Assembly: GCA_964276515.1 (NCBI GenBank)
Contig: OZ193910.1
Location: forward strand, 3,286,001-3,350,000
Length of the DNA stretch: 64,000 nucleotides
Source: Gordius albopunctatus
Lineage: Eukaryota
Direction: 5' to 3'
The notes beneath the pieces are model-generated. The model was not told the DNA's origin. It saw only the letters and a program-made list of their open reading frames with translations, and did not search any database. The translations under genes and the position numbers were made by a program. Below, one piece after another: positions 12,894-32,726 of the stretch (position 1 is its first letter; each line of letters starts with the position of its first letter).

Positions 12894-15400
12894 TAGTAAT
12901 CGTTACATATGATCATCAGCTGTTATTGTTAGAACTCAGATCCTCAGTGAATATAATCACGCGTTATTAAGTAAATGACCTTTGAAAAAACATAAAGTAT
13001 ATTTTTGCTTATGACATCTAAAAAGCTTTGTAAGTAAAAGAAATAAAAAAATACCTTTTATCTTTTTTAACAAATTTGATATTCATATCATCTAATCGTT
13101 TATGCTTTCTACAAAGTTAATTGGATATTCTATCTTTTAACCGGCACCCATCCATGTCTCGAGCGCTGGTGGCATAGAAAGTCAAAGGATTAAAGTTCGA
13201 AATTTTTTTTTGATGTATGTCAGCAAGGGGTAATTTACCGATTTTAAGTATTTATTGATATATAACTGCATTAAATTGAGGTATCCATCATATAAAATGT
13301 TAGATATCATTTTATTCTTAAAATTAATTGTAAAGCTTGATCGTTTTATTGTTGCAAATATGCCTCGTAGGTGATTTCTAAGTGATTGGCTAGAAAATAT
13401 ATTTCACTGTAACCCTAAGCCCTAGATTTAAATTTTGAGGGTCGGGTGTGAACTTAATTATTTGATAGGTCCAATGGAATTTGAATTATATTTAAAAAAT
13501 ATCACAATTTAGTCAAAAATTTAATAATAATATTAGATAGGGTCTATCTAGGGGTTAAATAAAATATTTCAAGTCGGGTCTGGATTGGGGTATATTTATA
13601 ATAAAATTTAGGGTCATAATCGGGTTAAAACAAACTTAATTTTGCAGAACTCTGGTGGCCTGATCTCTTTATAAAAGAATTTACAATTATTTAATGTTGT
13701 AAGTCAGCACTTCTGTTTTCAAGGAGATTTTAAATTTTAAGTGTTGTCTTTTGCGGAAAGTATCAATCAAATAACTACTCAGGTTTACTCGCTTTTAATT
13801 TTTATAAAGTATGTAAAGCTAGAAATTGCTCAAGCAAAATTATTATATTCAAATTAAAATAGGGGTTAAAAATTAAAAAAATCTGCTATAAAGTATCAGA
13901 GAGTGCAGTATTCATTGAGGGTACACCAGGACGATACATTTTTACCATTAAATGGTTTTTTTTAAATATGGGATGAAAACAATGATAAAAAGAACGCAAC
14001 AAGTAAAAATAAAAAATTATAAATAACTAATAATGTTATCAATCAACAACGATTAAATTTATTGGGTTTGCTAACATGCGCACTTTGAAAGTTGCTTGTG
14101 ATATTGTAGATCTCAGCAAATTTTTTATCATTATATTAATTAGTGTTCTATATTGAACTACATTGAATTCACTTAAGGTTGTTAATTATACGCAAAGAAG
14201 CGATTAATTAAACCATTTTGTAGAATCTATGTATTCAATAAATTTTAAGAGCTATTATACTAAACCAGCTTCTTCAGATCTGGCCAGGGGCGAACCCCTA
14301 GGCCCCGCACAAGGGGCTTTGGTATTAAACCCCAGCTTCCCTGTTGTTTTATTAAGCCTTAACCATAAGCTCTTCTATACTTCGTATGGAGGCAGTTAAT
14401 TTGCTAGGTAATTTAAACTCACGGAATAGTTCCGATAACGGTTCGTCAGACATTAATAGCGCCCCCGGGCTCCATTCTTATTTATTCAACCTTAACCCTA
14501 GATTCTCCTATACTTTGTTTGGAAGCAGTTCATTTACTATGCAATTTAAGCTGTGATGAAAAAGGAGCGTGAATTGAGGCTACCTCCATGATAATACATG
14601 TTCCCTTATGCTCAGAAATTATCAACAAAAAGTGTTTACAATGAGAGCCTATTGCCCAAAGGTCTGATGGCGGCCAATGATTTACTTGTAAATCCAAGTT
14701 TATCTGAACGTTCCTTCCAGCATTAAAATTTATCCCACTATATCTGGGGAAATAGAGTACATTAGCGTACATCCTACATAAGCGATTTTTAACACATCAC
14801 TCTTTCCCTTCACCCCCCTGTTTTAATACAATTTTCATCACAAATTAAATTTCTCTAATATTGAGTTACATGCCAAATTAAAAATGTAAACATTTTTAAT
14901 TTATTATTAATTGTTTAAACAATATAAGAAATGAATAAATTAATTTAGGCCAAACACTTTCTTAGCCTGTAAAGCTTAGCCCCTCTTATTAATGTATATA
15001 AATATTTTGATTTTTTTATCTCCCCTTTTAGCATTTTTTAACATGTGCCTATAGTTTTTACCCCTGGTACATATCAAGGCGTTGCCTGCCCTTAATTAGG
15101 CTATGAGAAGAATGGTCTACTCCCACCTCTAATACGAAAAGATATAAAACATTTAAATTTTAATATACATGTTTATTAAACAATTGCAACGTATATTTCT
15201 CAATCTCTATAATTATTATGCATTATTTCAAAGAAATAAGGTGACCTTATAAATATCTGAAATATTAAGAGTATTAAAATCTAAACAATGCTACATGCTG
15301 CAAGCGTAAACCCTGATTTATTTGAAACAATTATAGATGCTTAATTACGCTTGGTTCTTTGTTAAATAATTGTTCATTTATCAACAATCCTTCCAAATTG

Positions 15401-22412
<7,012 letters not shown>

Positions 22413-22560
22413 AATAATGTCCGAGCCCCCGGGTCGGGCCCGGCTGCTTTGGAATTTATATTTTTAGAAACCAAAAAGCCTCCACTTCTAATTTCCTAAA
22501 TTAATAAAAGATTCATAATATGTATGATATGAGGTTGGTACGCGTTTAAAATTAAGCTAG

Positions 22561-22610
22561 TGAGGATTAGTAGGGATTGGTGGGTTAGGGGATTTAAGAG
22601 AGGATTTGCG
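22561..22610. promoter_or_regulatory. Cluster of bicoid/K50-type motifs upstream of Pitx
   Basis: GGATTA (22564-22569) followed by GGATTG, GGGTTA and two GGATTT within 50 bp, 150-200 bp upstream of the Pitx ATG. Function is inferred only. Confidence 0.4.
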
Positions 22611-23838
22611 ACTAATTTCACGACCGCAATCAACTGGCTCATCCTTAATTCCAACTATGTTTAGCCGTCGAAGGTTTATAAGGGATATAGTTATTCGACG
22701 ACAACGTTCTATGGAACTGCTACTTAAGTTTTAGGGAATCTCATATGATATATAAGTGGAATTATAGTATTAGGGTGTTTGGTGTTGGCTGCATTCATTA
22801 GATAGATTCATAATTAAAAGGTGTATATACAACACGTAATGCCTGTGTCGGAGGCACAATAATTTTTGGGGAAATATAGGGATTTGGAGATTAAAATATT
22901 TGTAGGTCGCATTATGTGGGATAAAAGCTATAATTTCTTAGAGTTTATAGTAATCAATTCGAGATCTCCTCGCATTTTTCATTTTTTTTGTTACGACGAA
23001 AATTTTAAATTGTTCGATTATGGAGATAAATCTTTTAACAAATGTTGGAGAATGAATCGGATTATTCTTTATATTATGGGAATTGATTTTTCTTGTTGTC
23101 TCTTATTATTCTTAGATCATTCCAGGACTCCCCTTCAAAATTCGATAATGCAGAGCGCGCCCTTACAAAGAGAAAAACATCCCGTCAATCAAATTAATCA
23201 AATTAAATTGATAGGTTGCTAGTAAGGTTTTGCAATAATATCAATTAAGTTTCGACCTTTTTAATTATATTTTGCCTTAACCAGGGGGAGGCAGGTATTT
23301 GCAAATCCCCCTTAAATACTTGTTTTTTTAAAAATCTTTTTTAAAGTTTTAATAGTTGTAAAAAAATATAAATCCCACTCAATTCAAAATTTTGCGATTT
23401 TTAAATATTTTTTGGAAACTATATACGATTCTTAAGACTTTAAATGGATATAATCTTACACAAACGATCAGAGATCGTAACATGGGCGTTGCCACGTTTT
23501 GGATTAGGGGGGGGGGGGGCGAAACGGTTAAAAGTTCAATTAGGGAGGTGCAAAACATAAAATTTTTTAATTTTTAAGGGTTTTGCATTGAAAATTTTTT
23601 TTCGTCATTCAGGGGGGGGGCATAGATCGTAATAAAACCTTTTTAATTACTTGTCAAAATATTTTTTCCAATAAGTAAACTAAAGGAGATATTTTTCTTA
23701 ATTTTTTCAACTGCGTTTAAGTTTGATTGTTAATGATAAAAATAAGTTGGTAATAAAAGTCATAAAAGTTTCGTTAAAAACTATGCTTATTTTCCATGTT
23801 ATAATCAGGTGGGAGTTTTTGTATTATAGGCTACTTCT

Positions 23839-24105
23839 CAGGGGCGTACGCAGGATTTTTCTGCGGGGGGGGGGGGGGGGTTAAATAAAAATCATATTAA
23901 TTTTACAATTTATTTAAATCCAAAAACATTCACAAAAAATATTTATTATAAACGTCATATCATATAATTTGATGAAATAGTATAGGAAAAAATTATCTCC
24001 AATATTTATTATATAATGCGATATTAGAAAATAAAAAATATTTTTTCGAAATCCGCGGGGGGGGGGGGTTTGAACTCTAAAACCCTCCCCTTGCGTACGC
24101 CACTC
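23839..24105. mobile_element. hAT MITE
   Basis: TIRs CAGGGGCGTACGCAGG / CTTGCGTACGCCACTC; perfect 8-bp TSD CTACTTCT (23831-23838, 24106-24113). Confidence 0.9.
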
Positions 24106-24992
24106 CTACTTCTATATTTAATGAACAATATATTAATTTTAATTATGTTTGCATTATAAAATAAATGGTAAAGTAAAAGATAATTATAAAAATTTTCCAA
24201 CGCACAACTAGGTATATATAAAAATTTTGTCGTTTATATTTAGTAAATTATAAATCCTAATTAAATCATATATCGATCAACCTATCAAAGGTTTTCTCTT
24301 TAACACAAAACATTCTCCTATATACTTACGTGTTTTTTTATTAAAGCACGCCACCCGTTTTATTTATTAAATCAAAGTTCGGTGGCACTAAGCTCTATTA
24401 AATTCACCCATAATTTTGTGATCTTTTTCTCTTTCCCCTGTTTTTGCCCTTCTTTTTAACCGCGCATTATTAATCCTACATAATCCCCCAGCCCATCTTC
24501 CCCCTTAACGGTATGCATAAAAATATTTTCGTTGGTTTCCACATCGAAGGAGCCCGAATTTGAGTAAGAGAATGGGGGGGGGGGGCAAAAAGTGAATGAT
24601 ACATGTAGATATGGGCGCAACCAAGGAGGTGGGGGTGGGGGCAAGGAGGGGCGGCTGCCCCCCCCCCTTTAAATTCATAATTTATTTAAACTATTATGTA
24701 ATTATGGCAAAAATTTTAAAAATTGTTATTTAGCCCTTCCCTAATTATAATTGCCACCCTCTGTTCCAATCTTGGTTTCGCCCATGGGATCGAGTACGAT
24801 AAATAATAACAAATTATCGCCATTACGTATAAATGTGATGTGATTATATATATGATGATGTGAATTCGATTCCACATATGAAAGTCGTACATTAAGAAAT
24901 TTATCTCATTGACGTTGATTGATATATATCATTAATTGATTGACAACATTTTGGTAAGATATTTTTAATTTGCACTTGAATAGATTAGTTAT

Positions 24993-25130
24993 GGTGCCCC
25001 ATCAACTCGCCGAATTTAATGTCCCCGGTTACAAAAGGTCCCGTAACTTAAAATCGTCCCCCATTCAACCAATCACAAAATTTCCCGGGTGAATTTGGCG
25101 AGATTGTTTTCGGCAAGTTGACGGGCCACC
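24993..25130. mobile_element. Mutator (MULE)-type MITE
   Basis: TIRs GGTGCCCCATCAACTCGCCGAA / TTCGGCAAGTTGACGGGCCACC; perfect 9-bp TSD ATTAGTTAT (24984-24992, 25131-25139). Confidence 0.85.
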
Positions 25131-26874
25131 ATTAGTTATACATAATTTCAAATACAAAGGGGTTTAGGGGAGAGGAAAAGAGCTATTATATTAATGCAGC
25201 TGAGCCTTGAATCTTAAAAATATCCTCAATTTGCCTAAGCCCATCAAAAGTTGACTTTGGACTTAAAAAGATGAAATACAGTATAAATATCCTATCCCTC
25301 ACCAAATTATAAAATTTAAAGGATAATATTTTAAAGTAATGCCTTTAAAATTCAATTAATTTCATGATGGATGAAATTGAACTTTAGGCTACCGTTATTT
25401 TATATCTTTTTTTTTATTATTTTTCATAAACTTGGAAATAAAAAAAAATTTTTTTAAATCTAATTTCTGTTTAAATTACAAGAAAATTTACTCCGTAATC
25501 TAGATTAAGCAATCTAGGATGATGTATTAACTTCTTTGACGATGGCATAAATTATATGACCGTATTCTCAACAATAATCCCAGTTTTTCCTATTAAGTCC
25601 CTAACGGCTTCTATATAAAGGTAGATTTACTACCATAAAGGAAACATTTTTCTTACTAACATATTACATGTACACGCTGATGAAAAGGCAATTTTTTTGT
25701 TGTATTTTATATCAAATTATTTTATTAATAAATCATTTATCTAATGATCCATCCATTTATATTTGGTTAGTACTCTTTAGATGCTTATCGTTGTCGTTAT
25801 GAAATTGTTTTACAAAATAAAAGATAAATGGGCACAGAAAACCTCTTCTCTAGCCTCCCCATTACGTTTCCTGATAAAAGTAAAGGACTGGGATGACTCG
25901 ATAAATAAAGGAATCTTGAAACAATTATAATTTCTTACTTCGATTTTATAACAGGACTATATATGGCAAATTAAAAGTAATATTAGGGAAAGAAATTAAC
26001 AAAACTGTTGCCACCTTATTTCCTTATAAAGCTATTTAAAAATTAAATAGATTAATTTTTTGTCAATAAATTTATTACAATACTTTTAAAACGAAAATGT
26101 TAAAATTCATAAAATAGATTGGCAATGCAATTTTGAGTAATTATATATTTATACTATATGATTTATTAGCAAATTTATTTTTAATTGTATAAATTAAATT
26201 GATTACAAGATAATGAGAAATTTTAAAAAATTTAGCGACCATAACTTATCGGTAAATTTATCAAAGTAAAAAATTAATAATTATATAATTAAAAATAAAT
26301 GTTAATTTAAATTAATTTCATTTAAATTATTTATATTATACAATAAAAATTAGCCTGGTTCTCTAAACTCACCACACTTATAATTGGTTGTGTGTGTTTT
26401 ATATTTTTTGACTCCTTTCATGATTAGATGCAAGATTAGCACATTATTTTATAGGTGTAATTTTTATAACAGTAAAGAAATTTTTTTGATTTAAAGAATA
26501 TATTTCGTAATTTCATGTTTTAGCCTTTCGTGATCAAAAATTTCTGAAACTACTTAATCAGCTGTACAGTTAGCTTAAGACTTATTTGAAAGGGGTGGCT
26601 AAGAATACTATACGTAGATTAAGGCAGGGCAAAATGATGCTTTAATTGTCAAAAATATATAAATTTGTGAGGGCTTATCTCTTTCCCTGAGAGCTGTGAC
26701 TACCATCTATCTTCACTTATCACCTAAATTCAGGCGCTTACCTAAAATATTCTGTAGGGGGCACGTCAATTCTCAATAAAAATCACCCTATTATATATAC
26801 ATAATATCATCATGAAAATACAAATATATAATCTAAAGAGATATCAAAATTTAATCGATCGTTTAATGAACACT

Positions 26875-27032
26875 CGTGTGCGTAGCAGGAAGGGGTAGCT
26901 GCCCCTTCTAAATCCAAAAATTTGTTGAAATTTGTTAAAAGTATGGCTAAAATTTCAAAATTTAATCCTTTTGCCCCTCCTTTAATCATTATTGCCCCCC
27001 CCCCTCTAATTCCAATGCTGGCTATGCCCATG
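26875..27032. mobile_element. hAT MITE, CATGGGCGTAGCCAG family
   Basis: Family TIRs; TSD TGAACACT / TGAACAAT. Confidence 0.85.
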
Positions 27033-27989
27033 TGAACAATATTATTATTATTTCAGCTATATTTTATCTTTATTATTATTGAAATTGTCCATAACGCCAT
27101 CCAATTATATCGATACTCTGATATACAATCTCTTAAATTAAATTGGAATGACTTGAGCTTCATAAAACTGCTCTCATCTCTGTGCAAGTGGTTAAGACAG
27201 GCTTATACTTAAAAAGTGTATAGTTATATTATGTGGCTCTCTAATATGAGCAAACGATTATGGGGCGTTAAGACTTGGGTCATAAGCCTTTTCAGTCAGA
27301 AAAAATGTCATATGTCAAAATTTTTGATTTTAAGTTAATGCTCTTTATATCACTTGAATGAAACTCAGGCTTAATCAAAAGTTTAGATCTTATTTCATTA
27401 TTTAGTTATAAAAAAGGGGGAAATAAGCTGAATATTAAAATTTTATAATGTACCTCAATTGATTCATTTATTTTGCCCCTTAGCAAACCAAGGTTTCTAA
27501 AGCAAAATCATACATTTTGGCGTTGGCCTATTTACAAAATGTGATGAATTAATTATCAAAATTGTTTCTTATAATTTTCATGTGAGCTAATTAAATATCT
27601 TGTTGAGAAATCAAGGTAGCATAGACATGGCTAGAGGGACGCCAATGCGACCCTAAAGGCCTGAAGTGTGTAAGGTGCTGAAGGGATGGTCAAAATTTTA
27701 ATCCATGAACCCACTCGGTTCCTCTCATCCCCTTCCTCTAGCTACGCCATTGTGAGAAAGAGATTTATCTGAAAGTTTTAAAAATAAAGAGAATCTTTAT
27801 TTAAAAAACCTAGCAAATCACAGCCTCTGTTACACTATCTTAATCACGCTACGTGTAAATACTTTCAAAGGCTGAGTTTTAAAACTAATTATAACTCTAA
27901 CTTTCTCGTTAATTTCCATTTTCAATAACAATTCCAGCAAAGAACCATTACATTTTGGTTATTTAAAATATATCATAAACATTTGAGAT

Positions 27990-28159
27990 CATGGGCGAAG
28001 CCATGTGAAAGCAGGGGGGGGAGACTGCCCCTCTCTAAATCCATATATTTTTTTATATCTCATATAATTCTGGTCAAAATTCAAAAAATTGTCATTTTGC
28101 CTCTCCCTAGATCATTATTGCCCTCCCCCCCTTTAATTTTAAACCTGGCTACGCCTATT
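27990..28159. mobile_element. hAT MITE, CATGGGCGTAGCCAG family
   Basis: Family TIRs; perfect TSD TTTGAGAT (27982-27989, 28160-28167). Confidence 0.85.
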
Positions 28160-30392
28160 TTTGAGATTATAAGTACGTTTTTGATATTCTTGGTAGCTTA
28201 TTTTTATAACAAGTTAGCAAAGGAATTTTAAAAACGAAAAATATTAGGCTAAAAACGTTTTGCTCAAATTTTGAAAAAAAAATTATAGGCTCTTAAGTTA
28301 TTTACAAGTTTATCTATAGTAAAAAATTGTACTTCCATGACGTGGTAAGGCAGTTTGATATTTTTTATTCAAGCTATATACCTTTAATTAACATTACATT
28401 ATATTAGGATATAGGATAAGAAATAGATGATTTATTAAGAAACCATCTTAATGTATACTATCCGAGAACTGAGAGATCCCTGACTTCGTTTTAATTAATG
28501 CTTAAAAAGACTACAAAATAACAGTAGGTATCCTATTATAAGGGAATCCTTCATTCCCTAACAGATGAAATCATATTTATAATGGAAAATGTTAAAATGT
28601 CGCGATGTCATCAAAGGTCCGCCCCTTGCCCCTTCCCTAATTGTTCATTTGTGCATAAAAAGGCACGCGTTCAAAGGCTTTAAATGTGACATAGGGTAGG
28701 GGGGCAGGACGAGACAAAGTGACGCGTGGCACACTTTGCAAATTACACCATTCGCATAAATAATTAGGTTAGGAGAAAGTGGGACTGCTATCACTTACAC
28801 ATTACTCATTTTAAGGAACGTCTAAGCGTTGCACTCAAAGTTATATTAGTAAAATTGTATTTCATTTTACCGTATTATAGCCTTTGCTTAACGCATCTAC
28901 ATTTACTTAAGATCAGCCCTCGGTAGGAGATATGGGTATAGCAAGGTTCTAATTTAGAGTAAATATAATAGATAATACTAGTGGGCGTAGCTAGGATTGG
29001 AATTAGAGGGGGGGCAATAATGATTTAAGACGGGCAAAATGAACATTTTTTGAAATTTTAGCCATGATTTTGATAATTTTCAACAAATTTGTGGATTTAG
29101 ATGGGAGCAGCCACCCCTCCTTGCCCCCTGGCGACGCCCAGGATAATGATTCAAAGAAGGCAAATACGACATTTGAGAAAGGCATATTTCCATCTCTGCC
29201 CCTCCTGGTTATTGTAAATCCCGTTATAATTCAATTGAGAAAATATATGCCTAGATTTATCTTAAAAACAATTTACTTCAAAAGGTCTTAAATGCACCCA
29301 TCTATTCCTTTAAATATTTATTTAGGGTTCTAGAGTCAGAGAAATAATGCAAGCCTAAAAATTAGTGTTTAAAAAATTTTAAGCAAGTCCTATGCAGAAT
29401 AAGCGAATTTCAATAATAATGGCCCATTTCTTTTTGTCATTTGGCAACAGCTTAAAATCAAATTATGCGATTAGTGAGTGCTCTAATGATAAAGTTATCA
29501 TTTTGCTGACCAACTTTAGGTTAATTCGAATCAATTATGACTTTTGTATATCAATACTTATTAGATCCCTTGAGAAGACCATACGTTTTTCATTAGTAGA
29601 ATACATCCGGAGCTCTCTTGCAACATTTATTCTACGGTTTCATATTACTCAACTTCCTTTATGAAAACACCTTGATTAATCTAAGAGACAACTGCCACAC
29701 CTATTTTAGATAAAATGATTTAATTTCATTTATATATTTTTTAATGAAATAAATTAGGAAATATGTTTACAATAATTAATGAAAGTGATTTTTTGCGCCC
29801 TTATATGTATGACACGCTTTTAACTATAATTTGCCTTACCTACGTTGGAAATAAGGTTATCAGACGCCTGATGTTATCAATTAAACACTATCAGTTATCT
29901 TTAGCCTCTATGTGCCGTGTAATATGATGATTGATATGTGTTTAATTACTGTATACAACATCGTTTTGTCGGAAATGGAAATTAAAATTTAAAGCAATAT
30001 ATCCTTAGTACTATGTATTTTGATATAATTAAATGATTGACGTGGCACCACTGAAGATGAAAAAGTACTTTTAGTCTTTTCTTAAATAAGTTTGAATTTG
30101 GATGTGAGTGAACTATTGGAAATTAAATAGCAGGTGTAAAGTTTATAGTTGAAAAGTTTTATAGTAAATAAATAATTTGACAATAACTAAAACTTTTTCG
30201 ATCTGTCATCTAAATAAATGGTTGGACATTATTTTCTAATTCTAAGGGTGGGGGGGAGATGGGGATTAAAAATATATTAAAACTAGACTTTATAGATTTA
30301 TAAAATAGAAACTTTAAACAGTGATTAAATTATTAGGTTTTAAGTTTTCAAATTAAGAAATGAGAATTTGACAATTGTATCATAAATCCTTA

Positions 30393-30750
30393 AAATACTC
30401 AGCTTCATCAGAAACCTCCATTTTTATTCCTATCGTCTTGTCGTGCTCAGGGGCGTTTGGGAAGAGCGCATTAAATTTTTTTAAGAACTCAATAAACGCT
30501 CGCCTCCTTCAAAAATATTGAATAGTTTTTTACTAAGACAATCAATCGCCATCGCCATCGCTAAATCTAATTTCTATTCCCTGATGGATTCAATGCCCAT
30601 TCTTAAAGAAGATGAAGAAACGGATGATGTGTTTTAATCATTTTTTTATAAATGTTTTCGTTCTTGTATCTTTTTATTAATTCCACTATGTATTTAATAC
30701 TTTTTATTTAATAAAGCATGTCAATTCAAAAAAAAATAAAAAAATAAAAA
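30393..30750 (+). mobile_element. 5'-truncated 3' end of a CRE-clade LINE
   Basis: Translates, with one frameshift, to KYSASSETSIFIPIVLSCSGAFGKSALNFF.ELNKRSPPSKILNSFLLRQSIAIAIAKSNFYSLMDSMPILKEDEETDDVF* (stop 30635-30637), homologous to the C-terminus at 54252-54471. Followed by AATAAA and an A-rich tail. Confidence 0.75.
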
Positions 30751-32726
30751 TTTTAAAGCCGATAGGAAGATGGTCTCTCCCGTCCTACCTATCAAAGAAT
30801 ATTATTTGCACCAGGTAAATCATTTTATATAATGATAAATTTAACCAGTTTTAAAAGGGGAAGCTTTAAATCTTCTTTTACATAAAATTTTAGTTGGGCA
30901 TTACTACAGCAACATGGTCCTAGATAATAATCACGGACTTGGTCAGAAAAAGGCAGAAGGACAGCTTTACCCCCTCCCCCCTCTATAAATTATTTATATA
31001 TACTGAAAATAGAGTCAACATCTAAAAATTGTTAATTTCTAAACTATTTATACGCCCCACTAACCAATTATTAAAAGCATTAGGTTCTTTGATCAAATGT
31101 CTTTTGACAGCTTTTTCATGTTTTAACTAAATTATTTTTATGCGTAAGAAAACATTTAATTTCCCGTGACAATTTAATAAACAATTTCTCTCAATCTTTT
31201 TGACTGCCTTCAAAAACACTTGAAAATGTTGCGCAAATTAATGCCATATGATTAAATTAATTAATAAATTATCTCATTAAGTCATATTTATTAATCTATA
31301 ATTAATTTTATCTACTATTATAAATCAAAAATTACGGTCTTTATTACATTTAAATAAATTTTTAGTTTGCGTTGTTGAGACTTTTAAGTAAAAAATTTAA
31401 TCAGAAGTCCAATAGGAATGATGCATTTAAATTACCCAATCAATCACGAATAATTCGCTGAGACATTTTATTAATTTAAAATTAAACTTGAGAAATAAAT
31501 CTTTAAATATCCTCAATAATTTTAATTTACATAACGTCGCTTGGTTTAATTAGGTTATAAACCGATCAAATTTTATAATTGACTTTAAAATCGAATAAAT
31601 CAAAAAATCAAACAACCGTGTAATTTGGAACCCCGGGCATCGATATTAACTGCAAATCCTTACAACGCATGCCTCTATCTTTTTATTTGACAATTTGATC
31701 TATTATCTTTAACACATTACCCAATCAATAAGTTAAAAAAACTTTTTAAATTGTAAATTTTGTTCATATTCAAATATTATTAAATTTGAGATATTAGTAA
31801 TATTACTAATTTCATATAGAGAGCATAATTTTTTAATTAAATTTGTAACATAATTTATTGTTTTAGTCTAATATAATAAACTTGAATCAAATTGTTAGCA
31901 TTTAAAGTGTTGATAAAATCCTAATTCTCAATAGGAAAACTAGGTGTCCATTAAATACGTGAGTTAAAAGCATAACAAACGTACGTCATTTTAGTCTTGA
32001 GGGATGACAGGGAGCGTTCTTCCCCCCCCCCCTTTACCACTACTTTTTGTTAAGTTGGAAGTAGTGCTAAAAATTCAACAATTATTATACTATTCTCCTT
32101 CCTCATAACAGAGCCAATCTATGAAAGAGGAAAATTAAGGTCAATTTATATTATATATTCATAATAAAATTGTAAATATTTCTCTTGCCCTTCTTAAAAA
32201 GGTGAAAACGGGGGTAGTTGGGGTTGAGACTTTAAATTGGTTTAACAATTACCTATAGATGATTATCATAAAAATATAATTATCTCTCCGGCTAGAAACT
32301 TTATGGTTTGCTTTGCTGCAAATAAAGATGGTTAAACAAGTATCCGGGCAAGAATAATTGTAAAAACAAATTTTTAAAGACATTTTCACTGCTAGGAAAT
32401 TTAGACATTCAATGAATGTTTCATTTAATCCCCCTGGCTACGGTTTTGCGCTTCTAAAACTGCCAAGAAGTATAAAAAAAATATACCTACAGCATATAAG
32501 AGAGACTTAAGGGCTTGGGCTTTAACAGAAAATTAAATTTTTCACTCGTGCAAAAAATCAATATAGATTTTAATCAAGACAAACTATATTTATGGAGTAT
32601 AAAAATGTTTATTTTCAACTATTTTGTTATATTTTCGGCTGGAAAAGTCTTGCCATTAAACAAAGGTTTTCTTATTACATTAAAAGGTACCAAATCGTCG
32701 GGCGTATCTTATAACTCAGCTGATTC

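Noticed and set aside
14050..14800. Imperfect ~41-bp direct repeat (14357, 14490) and ORF 14530-14772 as a possible Penelope or other retroelement relic
   Set aside because: No convincing RT, GIY-YIG or hammerhead core could be read; left unassigned.
25677..25700. CTGATGA hammerhead-like core
   Set aside because: No flanking stems or correctly placed GAAA and cleavage triplet.
28595..28735. TCF/LEF-like sites ATCAAAG (28610) and TTCAAAG (28670) upstream of Pitx
   Set aside because: They lie in a loosely palindromic GC-rich block that looks like an old MITE; two 7-mers are not enough evidence.
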